A stretch of DNA of 64,000 bases from positions 3,410,001 through 3,474,000 of the forward strand of contig OZ024759.1 of assembly GCA_964016885.1 (NCBI GenBank). Reading direction: 5' to 3'. The notes under the pieces are model-generated. The model did no database searches. It saw only the letters and a list, made by a program, of their open reading frames with translations, and was not told where the DNA came from. Shown here piece by piece: positions 15,001 through 30,000 of this stretch. A program made the position numbers and the translations under genes. This DNA is from Eledone cirrhosa (Eukaryota). Positions within the stretch are counted from its first letter, which is position 1, and each line of letters begins with the position of its first letter.

Positions 15001-18000
15001 TGTCTGTGTCTACAGTGTCTGTGTGTCTACAGTGTCTGTGTGTCTACAATGTCTGTGTGTCTACAGTGTCTGTGTGTCTACAGTGTATGTGTCTACAGTG
15101 ACTGTGTGTCTACAGTGTCTGTGTGTCTACAGTGTCTCTGTGACTACAATGCCTGTGTCTACAGTGTCTGTGTGTCTACAGTGTCTGTGTGTCTACAGTG
15201 TCTGTGTCTACAGTGTCTGTGTGTCTACAATGTCTTTGTGTCTACAATGTCTGTGTGTCTACAGTGTCTGTGTCTACAGTGTCTGTGTGTCTACAGTGTC
15301 TGTGTCTACAGTGTCTGTGTGTCTACAGTGTCTGTGTGTCTACAGTGTCTGTGTCTACAGTGTCTGTGTGTCTACAGTGTCTGTGTCTACAGTGTCTGTG
15401 TGTCTACAGTGTCTGTGTGTCTACAATGTCTGTGTGTCTACAATGTCTGTGTGTCTACAATGTCTGTGTGTCTACAGTGTCTGTGTGTCTACAGTGTCTG
15501 TGTGTCTACAGTGACTGTGTATCTACAGTGTCTGTGTGTCTACAATGCCTGTGTCTCTACATTGTCTGTGTCTACAGTGTCTGTGTGTCTACAATGTCTG
15601 TGTGTCTACAGTGTCTGTGTGTCTACAGTGTCTGTGTGTCTACAATGTCTGTGTCTCTACATTGTCTGTGTCTCTACAGTGTCTGTGTCTACAGTGTCTG
15701 TGTGTCTACAATGTCTGTGTGTCTACAATGTCTGTGTGTCTACAATGTCTGTGTGTCTACAATGTCTGTGTGTCTACAATGTCTGTGTGTCTACAGTGTC
15801 TGTGTGTCTACAGTGTCTGTGTTTCTACAGTGTCTGTGTGTCTACAGTGTCTGTGTGTGTACAGTGTCTGTGTCTACTGTGTCTACAGTGTCTGTGTCTA
15901 CAGTGTCTGAGTCTACAATGTCTGTGTGTCTACAGTGTCTGTGTGTGTACAGTGTCTGTGTCTACAGTGTCTGAGTCTACAATGTCTGTGTGTCTACAAT
16001 GCCTGTGTCTACAGTGTCCGTGTGTCTGTGTCTACAGTGTCTGTGTCTACAATACCTGTGTCTACAGTGTCTGTGTGTCTACAGTCTCTGAGTCTACAAT
16101 GTCTGTGTGTCTACAATGCCTGTGTCTACAGTGTCCGTGTGTCTGTGTCTACAGTGTCTGTGAATACAATGCCTGTGTCTACAGTGTCTGTGTGTCTACA
16201 GTGTCTGTGTCTACAGTGTCTGTGTCTACAGTGTCTGAGTCTACAATGTCTGTGTGTCTACAGTGTCTGTGTCTACAATGTCTGTGTCTACAGTGTCCGT
16301 GTGTCTGTCTACAGTGTCTGTGTGTCTACAGTGTCTGTGTCTACAGTGACTGTGTGTCTACAGTGTCTGTGTGTCTACAATATGTGTCTACAGTGTCTGT
16401 GTCTACAGTGTCTGTGTGTCTACACTGTCTGTCTGTCTACAGTGTTTGTGTATCTACAGTGTCTGTGTGTCTACAATGTATGTGTGTCTACAGTGTCTGT
16501 GTGTCTACGTCTGTGTGTCTACAGTGTCTGTGTCTCTACATTGTCTGTGTGTCTACAGTGTCTGTGTCTACAGTGTCTGTGTGTCTACAGTGTCTGTGTG
16601 TCTACAGTGTCTGTGTGTCTACAGTGTCTGTGTGTCTACAGTGTCTGTGTCTACAGTGTCTGTCTGTCTACAGTGTCTGTGTCTACAGTGTCTGTGTGTC
16701 TACAATGTCTGTGTGTCTACAATGTCTGTGTGTCTACAGTGTCTGTGTCTACAGTGTCTGTGTGTCTACAGTGTCTGTGTCTACAGTGTCTGTGTGTCCA
16801 CAGTGTCTGTGTGTCCACAGTGTCTGTGTCTACAGTGTCTGTGTGTCTACAGTGTCTGTGTCTACAGTGTCTGTGTGTCTACAGTGTCTGTGTCTACAGT
16901 ATCTGTGTGTCTACAGTGTCTGTGTGTCTACAATGTCTGTGTGTCTACAATGTCTGTGTGTCTACAATGTCTGTGTGTCTACAGTGTCTGTGTGTCTACA
17001 GTGTCTGTGTATCTACAGTGTCTGTGTGTCTACAGTGACTGTGTGTCTACAATGTCTGTGTGTCTACAATGTCTGTGTCTACAGTGTCTGTGTATCTACA
17101 GTGTCTGTGTGTCTACAATGCCTGTGTCTCTACATTGTCTGTGTGTCTACAATGTCTGTGTGTCTACAATGTCTGTGTCTCTACAGTGTCTGTGTGTCTA
17201 CAATGTCTGTGTGTTTACAATGTCTGTGTCTACAGTGTCTGTGTGTCTACAGTGTCTGTGTGTCTACAATATCTGTGTGTCTACAATATCTGTGTGTCTA
17301 CAGTGTCTGTATCTACAGTGTCTGTGTCTCTACAGTGTCTGTGTCTACAATGTCTGTGTGTCTAAGGTGTCTGTGTGTCTACAGTGTCTGTGTGTCTACA
17401 ATGTCTGTGTGTCTACAGTGACTGTGTGTCTACAGTGTCTGTGTGTCTAAAATGTCTGTGTCTACAGTTTCTGTGTGTCTACAGTGTCTGTGTGTCTACA
17501 ATGTCTGTGTGTCTACAGTGTCTGTGTCTACAGTGTCTGTGTCTACAGTGTCTGTGTGTCTAAAATGTCTGTGTCTACAGTGACTGTGTGTCTACAGTGT
17601 CTACAATGTTTGTGTGTCTACAGTGCCTGTGTCTACAGTGCCTGTGTCTACAATGTCTGTGTGTCTACAGTGTCTGTGCCTACAATGCCTGTGTCTACAA
17701 TGCCTGTGTCTACAGTGTCTGTGTGTCTACAGTGTCTGTGTCTACAGTGTCTGAGTCTACAATGTCTGTGTGTCTACAGTGTCTGTGTCTACAGTGTCCG
17801 TGTGTCTGTCTACATTGTCCGTGTGTCTACAGTGTCTGTGTCTACAGTGTCTGTGTGTCTACAGTGTCTGTGTCTACAGTGTCTGTGTGTCTACGTCTGT
17901 GTGTCTACACTGTCTGTCTGTCTACAGTGTTTGTGTGTCTACAGTGTCTGTGTGTCTACAATGTCTGTGTCTACAGTGTTTGTGTGTCTACAGTGTCTGT

Positions 18001-21000
18001 GTGTCTACAGTGTCTGTGCCTACAGTGTCTGGGTGTCTACAATGTCTGTGTGTCTACAGTGTCTGTGTGTCTACAGTGTATGTGTCTACAGTGACTGTGT
18101 GTCTACAGTGTCTGTGTGTCTACAATGTTTGTGTGTCTACAGTGTCTCTGTGTCTACAATGCCTGTGTCTACAGTGCCTGTGTCAACAGTGCCTGTGTCT
18201 ACAATGTCTGTGTGTCTACAGTGTCTGTGTGTCTACAGTGTCTGTGTGTCTACAGTGTCTGTGTTTCTACAGTGTCTGTGTGTCTACAGTGACTGTATAT
18301 ACAGTGTCTGTGTGTCTACAGTGTCTGTGTGTCTACAGTGTCTACAGTGTCTGTGTGTCTACAATATATGTGTCTACAGTGTCTGTGTGTCTAAAATGTC
18401 TGTGTCTACAGTGACTGTGTGTCTACAGTGTCTGTGTGTCTACAATGTCTGTGTGTCTACAGTGTCTGTGTGTCTACAGTGTCTCTGTGTCTACAATGCC
18501 TGTGTCTACAGTGCCTGTGTCTACAATGTCTGTGTGTCTACAGTGTCTGTGTGTCTACAGTGTCTGTGTGTCTACAGTGTCTGTGTCTACAGTGTCTGTG
18601 TGTCTACAGTGTCTGTGTGTCTACAGTGTCTATGTCTACAGTGTCTGTGTGTCTACAGTGTCTATGTCTACAGTGTCTGTGTGTCTACAGTGACTGTATA
18701 TACAGTGTCTGTGTGTCTACAGTGTTTGTGTGTCTACAGTGTTTGTGTGTCTACAGTGTCTGTTTGTCTACAATGCCTGTGTCTACAGTGTATGTGTGTC
18801 TACAGTGTCTGTGTCTACTGTGTCTACAGTGTCTGAGTCTACAATGTCTGTGTGTCTACAGTGTCTGTGTGTGTACAGTGTCTGTGTCTACAGTGTCTGT
18901 GTCTACAGTGTCTGAGTCTACAATGCCTGTGTGTCTACAATGCCTGTGTCTACATTGTCCGTGTGTCTGTGTCTACAGTGTCTGTGTCTACAATACCTGT
19001 GTCTAGAGTGTCTGTGTGTCTACAGTGTCTGAGTCTACAATGTCTGTGTGTCTACAATGCCTGTGTCTACAGTGTCCGTGTGTCTGTGTCTACAGTGTCT
19101 GTGACTACAAAGCCTGTGTCTACAGTGTCTGTGTGTCTACAGTGTCTGTGTCTACAGTGTCTGTGTCTACAGTGTCTGAGTCTACAATGTCTGTGTGTCT
19201 ACAGTGTCTGTGTCTACAGTGTCTGTGTGTCTACAGTGTCTGTGTGTCTACAGTGTCTGTGTGTCTACAGTGTCTGTGTGTCTACAGTGACTGTGTGTCT
19301 ACAGTGTCTGTGTGTCTACAATGTTTGTGTGTCTACAGTGTCTCTGTGTCTACAATGCCTGTGTCTACAGTGCCTGTGTCAACAGTGCCTGTGTCTACAA
19401 TGTCTGTGTGTCTACAGTGTCTGTGTGTCTACAGTGTCTGTGTGTCTACAGTGTCTGTGTCTACAGTGTCTGTGTGTCTACAATGTCTGTGTGTCTACAG
19501 TGTCTGTGTCTACAGTGTCTGTGTGTCTACAGTGTCTGTGTCTACAGTGTCTGTGTGTCTACAGTGTCTGTGTGTCTACAGTGTCTGTGTGTCTACAGTG
19601 TCTGTGTCTACAGTGTCTGTGTGTCTACAGTGTCTGTGTCTACAGTATCTGTGTGTCTACAGTGTCTGTGTGTCTACAATGTCTGTGTGTCTACAATGTC
19701 TGTGTGTCTACAATGTCTGTGTGTCTACAGTGTCTGTGTGTCTACAGTGTCTGTGTATCTACAGTGTCTGTGTGTCTACAGTGACTGTGTGTCTACAATG
19801 TCTGTGTGTCTACAATGTCTGTGTCTACAGTGTCTGTGTATCTACAGTGTCTGTGTGTCTACAATGCCTGTGTCTCTACATTGTCTGTGTCTACAGTGTC
19901 TGTGTGTCTACAATGTCTGTGTGTCTACAATGTCTGTGTCTCTACAGTGTCTGTGTGTCTACAATGTCTGTGTGTTTACAATGTCTGTGTCTACAGTGTC
20001 TGTGTGTCTACAGTGTCTGTGTGTCTACAATATCTGTGTGTCTACAATATCTGTGTGTCTACAATATCTGTGTGTCTACAGTGTCTGTATCTACAGTGTC
20101 TGTGTCTCTACAGTGTCTGTGTCTACAATGTCTGTGTGTCTAAGGTGTCTGTGTGTCTACAGTGTCTGTGTGTCTACAATGTCTGTGTGTCTACAGTGTC
20201 TGTGTGTCTAAAATGTCTGTGTCTACAGTTTCTGTGTGTCTACAGTGTCTGTGTGTCTACAGTGTCTGTGTGTCTACAGTGTCTGTGTCTACAGTGTCTG
20301 TGTCTACAGTGTCTGTGTGTCTAAAATGTCTGTGTCTACAGTGACTGTGTATCTACAGTGTCTACAATGTTTGTGTGTCTACAGTGTCTCTGTGTCTACA
20401 ATGCCTGTGTCTACAGTGCCTGTGTCTACAATGAATGTGTGTCTACAGTGTCTGTGTGTCTACAGTGTCTGTGTCTACAGTGTCTGTGTGTCTACAGTGT
20501 CTGTGTGTCTACAGTGTCTGTGTGTCTACAATGTCTGTGTGTCTACAGTGTCTGTGTGTCTACAGTGTCTCTGTGTCTACAATGCCTGTGTCTACAGTGC
20601 CTGTGTCTACAATGTCTGTGTGTCTACAGTGTCTGTGTCTACAGTGTCTGTGTGTCTACAGTGTCTGTGTGTCTACAATGTCTGTGTGTCTACAATGTCT
20701 GTGTGTCTACAATGTCTGTGTGTCTACAATGTCTGTGTGTCTACAATGTCTGTGTGTCTACAGTGTCTGTGTGTCTACAGTGTCTGTGTGTCTACAGTGT
20801 CTGTGTGTCTACAGTGTCTGTGTGTCTACAGTGACTGTATATACAGTGTCTGTGTGTCTACAGTGTCTGTGTGTCTACAGTGTCTGTGTGTCTACAATGT
20901 CTGTGTCTACAATGTCTGTGTCTACAGTGTCTGTGTGTCTAAAATGTCTGTGTCTACAGTTACTGTGTGTCTACAGTGTCTGTGTGTCTACAATGTCTGT

Positions 21001-24000
21001 GTGTCTACAGTGTCTGTGTGTCTACAGTGTCTGTGTGTCTACAATGTCTGTGTGTCTACAGTGTCTGTGTGTCTACAGTGTCTGTGTGTCTACAGTGTAT
21101 GTGTCTACAGTGACTGTGTGTCTACAGTGTCTGTGTGTCTACAATGTTTGTGTGTCTACAGTGTCTCTGTGTCTACAATGCCTGTGTCTACAGTGCCTGT
21201 GTCAACAGTGCCTGTGTCTACAATGTCTGTGTGTCTACAGTGTCTGTGTGTCTACAGTGTCTGTGTGTCTACAGTGTCTGTGTGTCTACAGTGTCTGTGT
21301 TTCTACAGTGTCTGTGTGTCTACAGTGACTGTATATACAGTGTCTGTGTGTCTACAGTGTCTGTGTGTCTACAGTGTCTACAATATCTGTGTCTACAGTG
21401 TCTGTGTGTCTAAAATGTCTGTGTCTACAGTGACTGTGTGTCTACAGTGTCTGTGTGTCTACAATGTCTGTGTGTCTACAGTGTCTGTGTGTCTACAGTG
21501 TCTCTGTGTCTACAATGCCTGTGTCTACAGTGCCTGTGTCTACAGTGTCTGTGTGTCTACAATGTCTGTGTGTCTACAGTGTCTGTGTCTACAGTGTCTG
21601 TGTATCTACAGTGTCTGTGTGTCTACAATGCCTGTGTCTCTACATTGTCTGTGTCTACAGTGTCTGTGTGTCTACAATGTCTGTGTGTCTACAGTGTCTG
21701 TGTGTCTACAGTGTCTGTGTGTCTACAATGTCTGTGTCTCTACATTGTCTGTGTCTCTACAGTGTCTGTGTCTACAGTGTCTGTGTGTCTACAATGTCTG
21801 TGTGTCTACAATGTCTGTGTGTCTACAATGTCTGTGTGTCTACAATGTCTGTGTGTCTACAATGTCTGTGTGTCTACAGTGTCTGTGTGTCTACAGTGTC
21901 TGTGTTTCTACAGTGTCTGTGTGTCTACAGTGTCTGTGTGTGTACAGTGTCTGTGTCTACTGTGTCTACAGTGTCTGTGTCTACAGTGTCTGAGTCTACA
22001 ATGTCTGTGTGTCTACAGTGTCTGTGTGTGTACAGTGTCCGTGTGTCTGTGTCTACAGTGTCTGTGTCTACAATACCTGTGTCTACAGTGTCTGTGTGTC
22101 TACAGTCTCTGAGTCTACAATGTCTGTGTGTCTACAATGCCTGTGTCTACAGTGTCCGTGTGTCTGTGTCTACAGTGTCTGTGAATACAATGCCTGTGTC
22201 TACAGTGTCTGTGTGTCTACAGTGTCTGTGTCTACAGTGTCTGTGTCTACAGTGTCTGAGTCTACAATGTCTGTGTGTCTACAGTGTCTGTGTCTACAAT
22301 GTCTGTGTCTACAGTGTCCGTGTGTCTGTCTACAGTGTCTGTGTGTCTACAGTGTCTGTGTCTACAGTGACTGTGTGTCTACAGTGTCTGTGTGTCTACA
22401 ATATGTGTCTACAGTGTCTGTGTCTACAGTGTCTGTGTGTATACACTGTCTGTCTGTCTACAGTGTTTGTGTATCTACAGTGTCTGTGTGTCTACAATGT
22501 ATGTGTGTCTACAGTGTCTGTGTGTCTACGTCTGTGTGTCTACAGTGTCTGTGTGTCTACAGTGTATGTGTCTCTACATTGTCTGTGTGTCTACAGTGTC
22601 TGTGTCTACAGTGTCTGTGTGTCTACAGTGTCTGTGTGTCTACAGTGTCTGTGTGTCTACAGTGTCTGTGTGTCTACAGTGTCTGTGTCTACAGTGTCTG
22701 TCTGTCTACAGTGTCTGTGTCTACAGTGTCTGTGTGTCTACAATGTCTGTGTGTCTACAATGTCTGTGTGTCTACAGTGTCTGTGTCTACAGTGTCTGTG
22801 TGTCTACAGTGTCTGTGTCTACAGTGTCTGTGTGTCCACATTGTCTGTGTCTACATTTCTGTGTGTCTACAGTGTCTGTGTCTACAGTGTCTGTGTGTCT
22901 ACAGTGTCTGTGTCTACAGTATCTGTGTGTCTACAGTGTCTGTGTGTCTACAATGTCTGTGTGTCTACAATGTCTGTGTGTCTACAATGTCTGTGTGTCT
23001 ACAGTGTCTGTGTGTCTACAGTGTCTGTGTATCTACAGTGTCTGTGTGTCTACAGTGACTGTGTGTCTACAATGTCTGTGTGTCTACAATGTCTGTGTCT
23101 ACAGTGTCTGTGTATCTACAGTGTCTGTGTGTCTACAATGCCTGTGTCTCTACATTGTCTGTGTCTACAGTGTCTGTGTGTCTACAATGTCTGTGTGTCT
23201 ACAATGTCTGTGTCTCTACAGTGTCTGTGTGTCTACAATGTCTGTGTGTTTACAATGTCTGTGTCTACAGTGTCTGTGTGTCTACAGTGTCTGTGTGTCT
23301 ACAATATCTGTGTGTCTACAATATCTGTGTGTCTACAGTGTCTGTATCTACAGTGTCTGTGTCTCTACAGTGTCTGTGTCTACAATGTCTGTGTGTCTAA
23401 GGTGTCTGTGTGTCTACAGTGTCTGTGTGTCTACAATGTCTGTGTGTCTACAGTGACTGTGTGTCTACAGTGTCTGTGTGTCTAAAATGTCTGTGTCTAC
23501 AGTTTCTGTGTGTCTACAGTGTCTGTGTGTCTACAATGTCTGTGTGTCTACAGTGTCTGTGTCTACAGTGTCTGTGTCTACAGTGTCTGTGTGTCTAAAA
23601 TGTCTGTGTCTACAGTGACTGTGTGTCTACAGTGTCTACAATGTTTGTGTGTCTACAGTGTCTCTGTGTCTACAATGCCTGTGTCTACAGTGCCTGTGTC
23701 TACAATGACTGTGTGTCTACAGTGTCTGTGTGTCTACAGTGTCTGTGTCTACAGTGTCTGTGTGTCTACAGTGTCTGTGTGTCTACAGTGTCTGTGTGTC
23801 TACAATGTCTGTGTGTCTACAGTGTCTGTGTGTCTACAGTGTCTCTGTGTCTACAATGCCTGTGTCTACAGTGCCTGTGTCTACAATGTCTGTGTGTCTA
23901 CAGTGTCTGTGTCTACAGTGTCTGTGTGTCTACAGTGTCTGTGTGTCTACAATGTCTGTGTGTCTACAATGTCTGTGTGTCTACAATGTCTGTGTGTCTA

Positions 24001-27000
24001 CAATGTCTGTGTGTCTACAATGTCTGTGTGTCTACAGTGTCTGTGTGTCTACAGTGTCTGTGTGTCTACAGTGACTGTATATACAGTGTCTGTGTGTCTA
24101 CAGTGTCTGTGTGTCTACAATGTCTGTGTCTACAGTGTCTGTGTGTCTAAAATGTCTGTGTCTACAGTTACTGTGTGTCTACAGTGTCTGTGTGTCTACA
24201 ATGTCTGTGTGTCTACAGTGTCTGTGTGTCTACAGTGTCTGTGTGTCTACAGTGTCTGTGTGTCTACAGTGACTGTGTGTCTACAATGTCTGTGTGTCTA
24301 CAATGTCTGAGTGTCTACAATGTCTGTGTGTCTACAATGTCTGTGTGTCTACAGTGCCTGTGTCTACAGTGCCTGTGTCTACAATGTCTGTGTGTCTACA
24401 GTGTCTGTGCCTACAATGCCTGTGTCTACAATGCCTGTGTCTACAGTGTCTGTGTGTCTACAGTGTCTGTGTCTACAGTGTCTGAGTCTACAATGTCTGT
24501 GTGTCTACAGTGTCTGTGTCTACAGTGTCCGTGTGTCTGTCTACATTGTCCGTGTGTCTACAGTGTCTGTGTCTACAGTGTCTGTGTGTCTACAGTGTCT
24601 GTGTCTACAGTGTCTGTGTGTCTACGTCTGTGTGTCTACACTGTCTGTCTGTCTACAGTGTTTGTGTGTCTACAGTGTCTGTGTGTCTACAATGTCTGTG
24701 TCTACAGTGTTTGTGTGTCTACAGTGTCTGTGTGTCTACAGTGTCTGTGCCTACAGTGTCTGGGTGTCTACAATGTCTGTGTGTCTACAGTGTCTGTGTG
24801 TCTACAGTGTATGTGTCTACAGTGACTGTGTGTCTACAGTGTCTGTGTGTCTACAATGTTTGTGTGTCTACAGTGTCTCTGTGTCTACAATGCCTGTGTC
24901 TACAGTGCCTGTGTCAACAGTGCCTGTGTCTACAATGTCTGTGTGTCTACAGTGTCTGTGTGTCTACAGTGTCTGTGTGTCTACAGTGACTGTATATACA
25001 GTGTCTGTGTGTCTACAGTGTCTGTGTGTCTACAGTGTCTACAGTGTCTGTGTGTCTACAATATATGTGTCTACAGTGTCTGTGTGTCTAAAATGTCTGT
25101 GTCTACAGTGACTGTGTGTCTACAGTGTCTGTGTGTCTACAATGTCTGTGTGTCTACAGTGTCTGTGTGTCTACAGTGTCTCTGTGTCTACAATGCCTGT
25201 GTCTACAGTGCCTGTGTCTACAATGTCTGTGTGTCTACAGTGTCTGTGTGTCTACAGTGTCTATGTCTACAGTGTCTGTGTGTCTACAGTGTCTGTGTCT
25301 ACAGTGTCTGTGTGTCTACAGTGTCTGTGTGTCTACAGTGTCTATGTCTACAGTGTCTGTGTGTCTACAGTGTCTATGTCTACAGTGTCTGTGTGTCTAC
25401 AGTGACTGTATATACAGTGTCTGTGTGTCTACAGTGTTTGTGTGTCTACAGTGTTTGTGTGTCTACAGTGTCTGTTTGTCTACAATGCCTGTGTCTACAG
25501 TGTATGTGTGTCTACAGTGTCTGTGTCTACTGTGTCTACAGTGTCTGAGTCTACAATGTCTGTGTGTCTACAGTGTCTGTGTGTGTACAGTGTCTGTGTC
25601 TACAGTGTCTGTGTCTACAGTGTCTGAGTCTACAATGCCTGTGTGTCTACAATGCCTGTGTCTACATTGTCCGTGTGTCTGTGTCTACAATACCTGTGTC
25701 TAGAGTGTCTGTGTGTCTACAGTGTCTGAGTCTACAATGTCTGTGTGTCTACAATGCCTGTGTCTACAGTGTCCGTGTGTCTGTGTCTGCAGTGTCTGTG
25801 ACTACAAAGCCTGTGTCTACAGTGTCTGTGTGTCTACAGTGTCTGTGTCTACAGTGTCTGTGTCTACAGTGTCTGAGTCAACAATGTCTGTGTGTCTACA
25901 GTGTCTGTGTCTACAGTGTCTGTGTGTCTACAGTGTCTGTGTGTCTACAATGTCTGTGTGTCTACAGTGTCTGTGTGTCTACAGTGTCTGTGTGTCTACA
26001 GTGTATGTGTCTACAGTGACTGTGTGTCTACAGTGTCTGTGTGTCTACAATGTTTGTGTGTCTACAGTGTCTCTGTGTCTACAATGCCTGTGTCTACAGT
26101 GCCTGTGTCTACAATGAATGTGTGTCTACAGTGTCTGTGTGTCTACAGTGTCTGTGTCTACAGTGTCTGTGTGTCTACAGTGTCTGTGTGTCTACAGTGT
26201 CTGTGTGTCTACAATGTCTGTGTGTCTACAGTGTCTGTGTGTCTACAGTGTCTCTGTGTCTACAATGCCTGTGTCTACAGTGCCTGTGTCTACAATGTCT
26301 GTGTGTCTACAGTGTCTGTGTCTACAGTGTCTGTGTGTCTACAGTGTCTGTGTGTCTACAATGTCTGTGTGTCTACAATGTCTGTGTGTCTACAATGTCT
26401 GTGTGTCTACAATGTCTGTGTGTCTACAATGTCTGTGTGTCTACAGTGTCTGTGTGTCTACAGTGTCTGTGTGTCTACAGTGTCTGTGTGTCTACAGTGT
26501 CTGTGTGTCTACAGTGACTGTATATACAGTGTCTGTGTGTCTACAGTGTCTGTGTGTCTACAGTGTCTGTGTGTCTACAATGTCTGTGTCTACAGTGTCT
26601 GTGTGTCTAAAATGTCTGTGTCTACAGTTACTGTGTGTCTACAGTGTCTGTGTGTCTACAATGTCTGTGTGTCTACAGTGTCTGTGTGTCTACAGTGTCT
26701 GTGTGTCTACAGTGTCTGTGTGTCTACAGTGACTGTGTGTCTACAATGTCTGTGTGTCTACAATGTCTGAGTGTCTACAATGTCTGTGTGTCTACAATGT
26801 CTGTGTGTCTACAGTGCCTGTGTCTACAGTGCCTGTGTCTACAATGTCTGTGTGTCTACAGTGTCTGTGCCTACAATGCCTGTGTCTACAATGCCTGTGT
26901 CTACAGTGTCTGTGTGTCTACAGTGTCTGTGTCTACAGTGTCTGAGTCTACAATGTCTGTGTGTCTACAGTGTCTGTGTCTACAGTGTCCGTGTGTCTGT

Positions 27001-30000
27001 CTACATTGTCCGTGTGTCTACAGTGTCTGTGTCTACAGTGTCTGTGTGTCTACGTCTGTGTGTCTACACTGTCTGTCTGTCTACAGTGTTTGTGTGTCTA
27101 CAGTGTCTGTGTGTCTACAATGTCTGTGTCTACAGTGTTTGTGTGTCTACAGTGTCTGTGTGTCTACAGTGTCTGTGCCTACAGTGTCTGGGTGTCTACA
27201 ATGTCTGTGTGTCTACAGTGTCTGTGTGTCTACAGTGTATGTGTCTACAGTGACTGTGTGTCTACAGTGTCTGTGTGTCTACAATGTTTGTGTGTCTACA
27301 GTGTCTCTGTGTCTACAATGCCTGTGTCTACAGTGCCTGTGTCAACAGTGCCTGTGTCTACAATGTCTGTGTGTCTACAGTGTCTGTGTGTCTACAGTGT
27401 CTGTGTGTCTACAGTGTCTGTGTGTCTACAGTGTCTGTGTTTCTACAGTGTCTGTGTGTCTACAGTGACTGTATATACAGTGTCTGTGTGTCTACAGTGT
27501 CTGTGTGTCTACAGTGTCTACAGTGTCTGTGTGTCTACAATATATGTGTCTACAGTGTCTGTGTGTCTAAAATGTCTGTGTCTACAGTGACTGTGTGTCT
27601 ACAGTGTCTGTGTGTCTACAATGTCTGTGTGTCTACAGTGTCTGTGTGTCTACAGTGTCTCTGTGTCTACAATGCCTGTGTCTACAGTGCCTGTGTCTAC
27701 AATGTCTGTGTGTCTACAGTGTCTGTGTGTCTACAGTGTCTATGTCTACAGTGTCTGTGTGTCTACAGTGTCTGTGTCTACAGTGTCTGTGTGTCTACAG
27801 TGTCTGTGTGTCTACAGTGTCTATGTCTACAGTGTCTGTGTGTCTACAGTGTCTATGTCTACAGTGTCTGTGTGTCTACAGTGACTGTATATACAGTGTC
27901 TGTGTGTCTACAGTGTTTGTGTGTCTACAGTGTTTGTGTGTCTACAGTGTCTGTTTGTCTACAATGCCTGTGTCTACAGTGTATGTGTGTCTACAGTGTC
28001 TGTGTCTACTGTGTCTACAGTGTCTGAGTCTACAATGTCTGTGTGTCTACAGTGTCTGTGTGTGTACAGTGTCTGTGTCTACAGTGTCTGAGTCTACAAT
28101 GCCTGTGTGTCTACAATGCCTGTGTCTACAGTGTCCGTGTGTCTGTGTCTACAGTGTCTGTGTCTACAATACCTGTGTCTAGAGTGTCTGTGTGTCTACA
28201 GTGTCTGAGTCTACAATGTCTGTGTGTCTACAATGCCTGTGTCTACAGTGTCCGTGTGTCTGTGTCTACAGTGTCTGTGACTACAAAGCCTGTGTCTACA
28301 GTGTCTGTGTGTCTACAGTGTCTGTGTCTACAGTGTCTGTGTCTACAGTGTCTGAGTCTACAATGTCTGTGTGTCTACAGTGTCTGTGTCTACAGTGTCT
28401 GTGTGTCTACAGTGTCTGTGTGTCTACAATGTCTGTGTGTCTACAGTGTCTGTGTGTCTACAGTGTCTGTGTGTCTACAGTGTATGTGTCTACAGTGACT
28501 GTGTGTCTACAGTGTCTGTGTGTCTACAATGTTTGTGTGTCTACAGTGTCTCTGTGTCTACAATGCCTGTGTCTACAGTGCCTGTGTCAACAGTGCCTGT
28601 GTCTACAATGTCTGTGTGTCTACAGTGTCTGTGTGTCTACAGTGTCTGTGTGTCTACAATGTCTGTGTGTCTAAAATGTCTGTGTGTCTACAGTGTCTGT
28701 GTCTACAGTGTCTGTGTGTCTACAGTGTCTGTGTCTACAGTGTCTGTGTGTCTACAGTGTCTGTGTGTCTACAGTGTCTGTGTGTCTACAGTGTCTGTGT
28801 CTACAGTGTCTGTGTGTCTACAGTGTCTGTGTCTACAGTGTCTGTGTGTCTACAGTGTCTGTGTGTCTACAATGTCTGTGTGTCTACAATGTCTGTGTGT
28901 CTACAATGTCTGTGTGTCTACAGTGTCTGTGTGTCTACAGTGTCTGTGTGTCTACAGTGTCTGTGTGTCTACAGTGACTGTGTATCTACAGTGTCTGTGT
29001 GTCTACAATGCCTGTGTCTACAGTGTCTGTGTGTCTACAATGTCTGTGTGTCTACAGTGTCTGTGTGTCTACAGTGTCTGTGTGTCTACAGTGTCTGTGT
29101 GTCTACAGTGTCTCTGTGTCTACAATGCCTGTGTCTACAGTGCCTGTGTCTACAATGTCTGTGTGTCTACAGTGTCTGTGTGTCTACAGTGTCTATGTCT
29201 ACAGTGTCTGTGTGTCTACAGTGTCTGTGTCTACAGTGTCTGTGTGTCTACAGTGTCTGTGTGTCTACAGTGTCTATGTCTACAGTGTCTGTGTGTCTAC
29301 AGTGTCTATGTCTACAGTGTCTGTGTGTCTACAGTGACTGTATATACAGTGTCTGTGTGTCTACAGTGTTTGTGTGTCTACAGTGTCTGTTTGTCTACAA
29401 TGCCTGTGTCTACAGTGTATGTGTGTCTACAGTGTCTGTGTCTACTGTGTCTACAGTGTCTGAGTCTACAATGTCTGTGTGTCTACAGTGTCTGTGTGTG
29501 TACAGTGTCTGTGTCTACAGTGTCTGAGTCTACAATGCCTGTGTGTCTACAATGCCTGTGTCTACAGTGTCCGTGTGTCTGTGTCTACAGTGTCTGTGTC
29601 TACAATACCTGTGTCTAGAGTGTCTGTGTGTCTACAGTGTCTGAGTCTACAATGTCTGTGTGTCTACAATGCCTGTGTCTACAGTGTCCGTGTGTCTGTG
29701 TCTACAGTGTCTGTGACTACAAAGCCTGTGTCTACAGTGTCTGTGTGTCTACAGTGTCTGTGTCTACAGTGTCTGAGTCTACAATGTCTGTGTGTCTACA
29801 GTGTCTGTGTCTACAGTGTCTGTGTGTCTACAGTGTCTGTGTGTCTACAATGTCTGTGTGTCTACAGTGTCTGTGTGTCTACAGTGTATGTGTCTACAGT
29901 GACTGTGTGTCTACAGTGTCTGTGTGTCTACAGTGTCTCTGTGACTACAATGCCTGTGTCTACAGTGTCTGTGTGTCTACAGTGTCTGTGTGTCTACAGT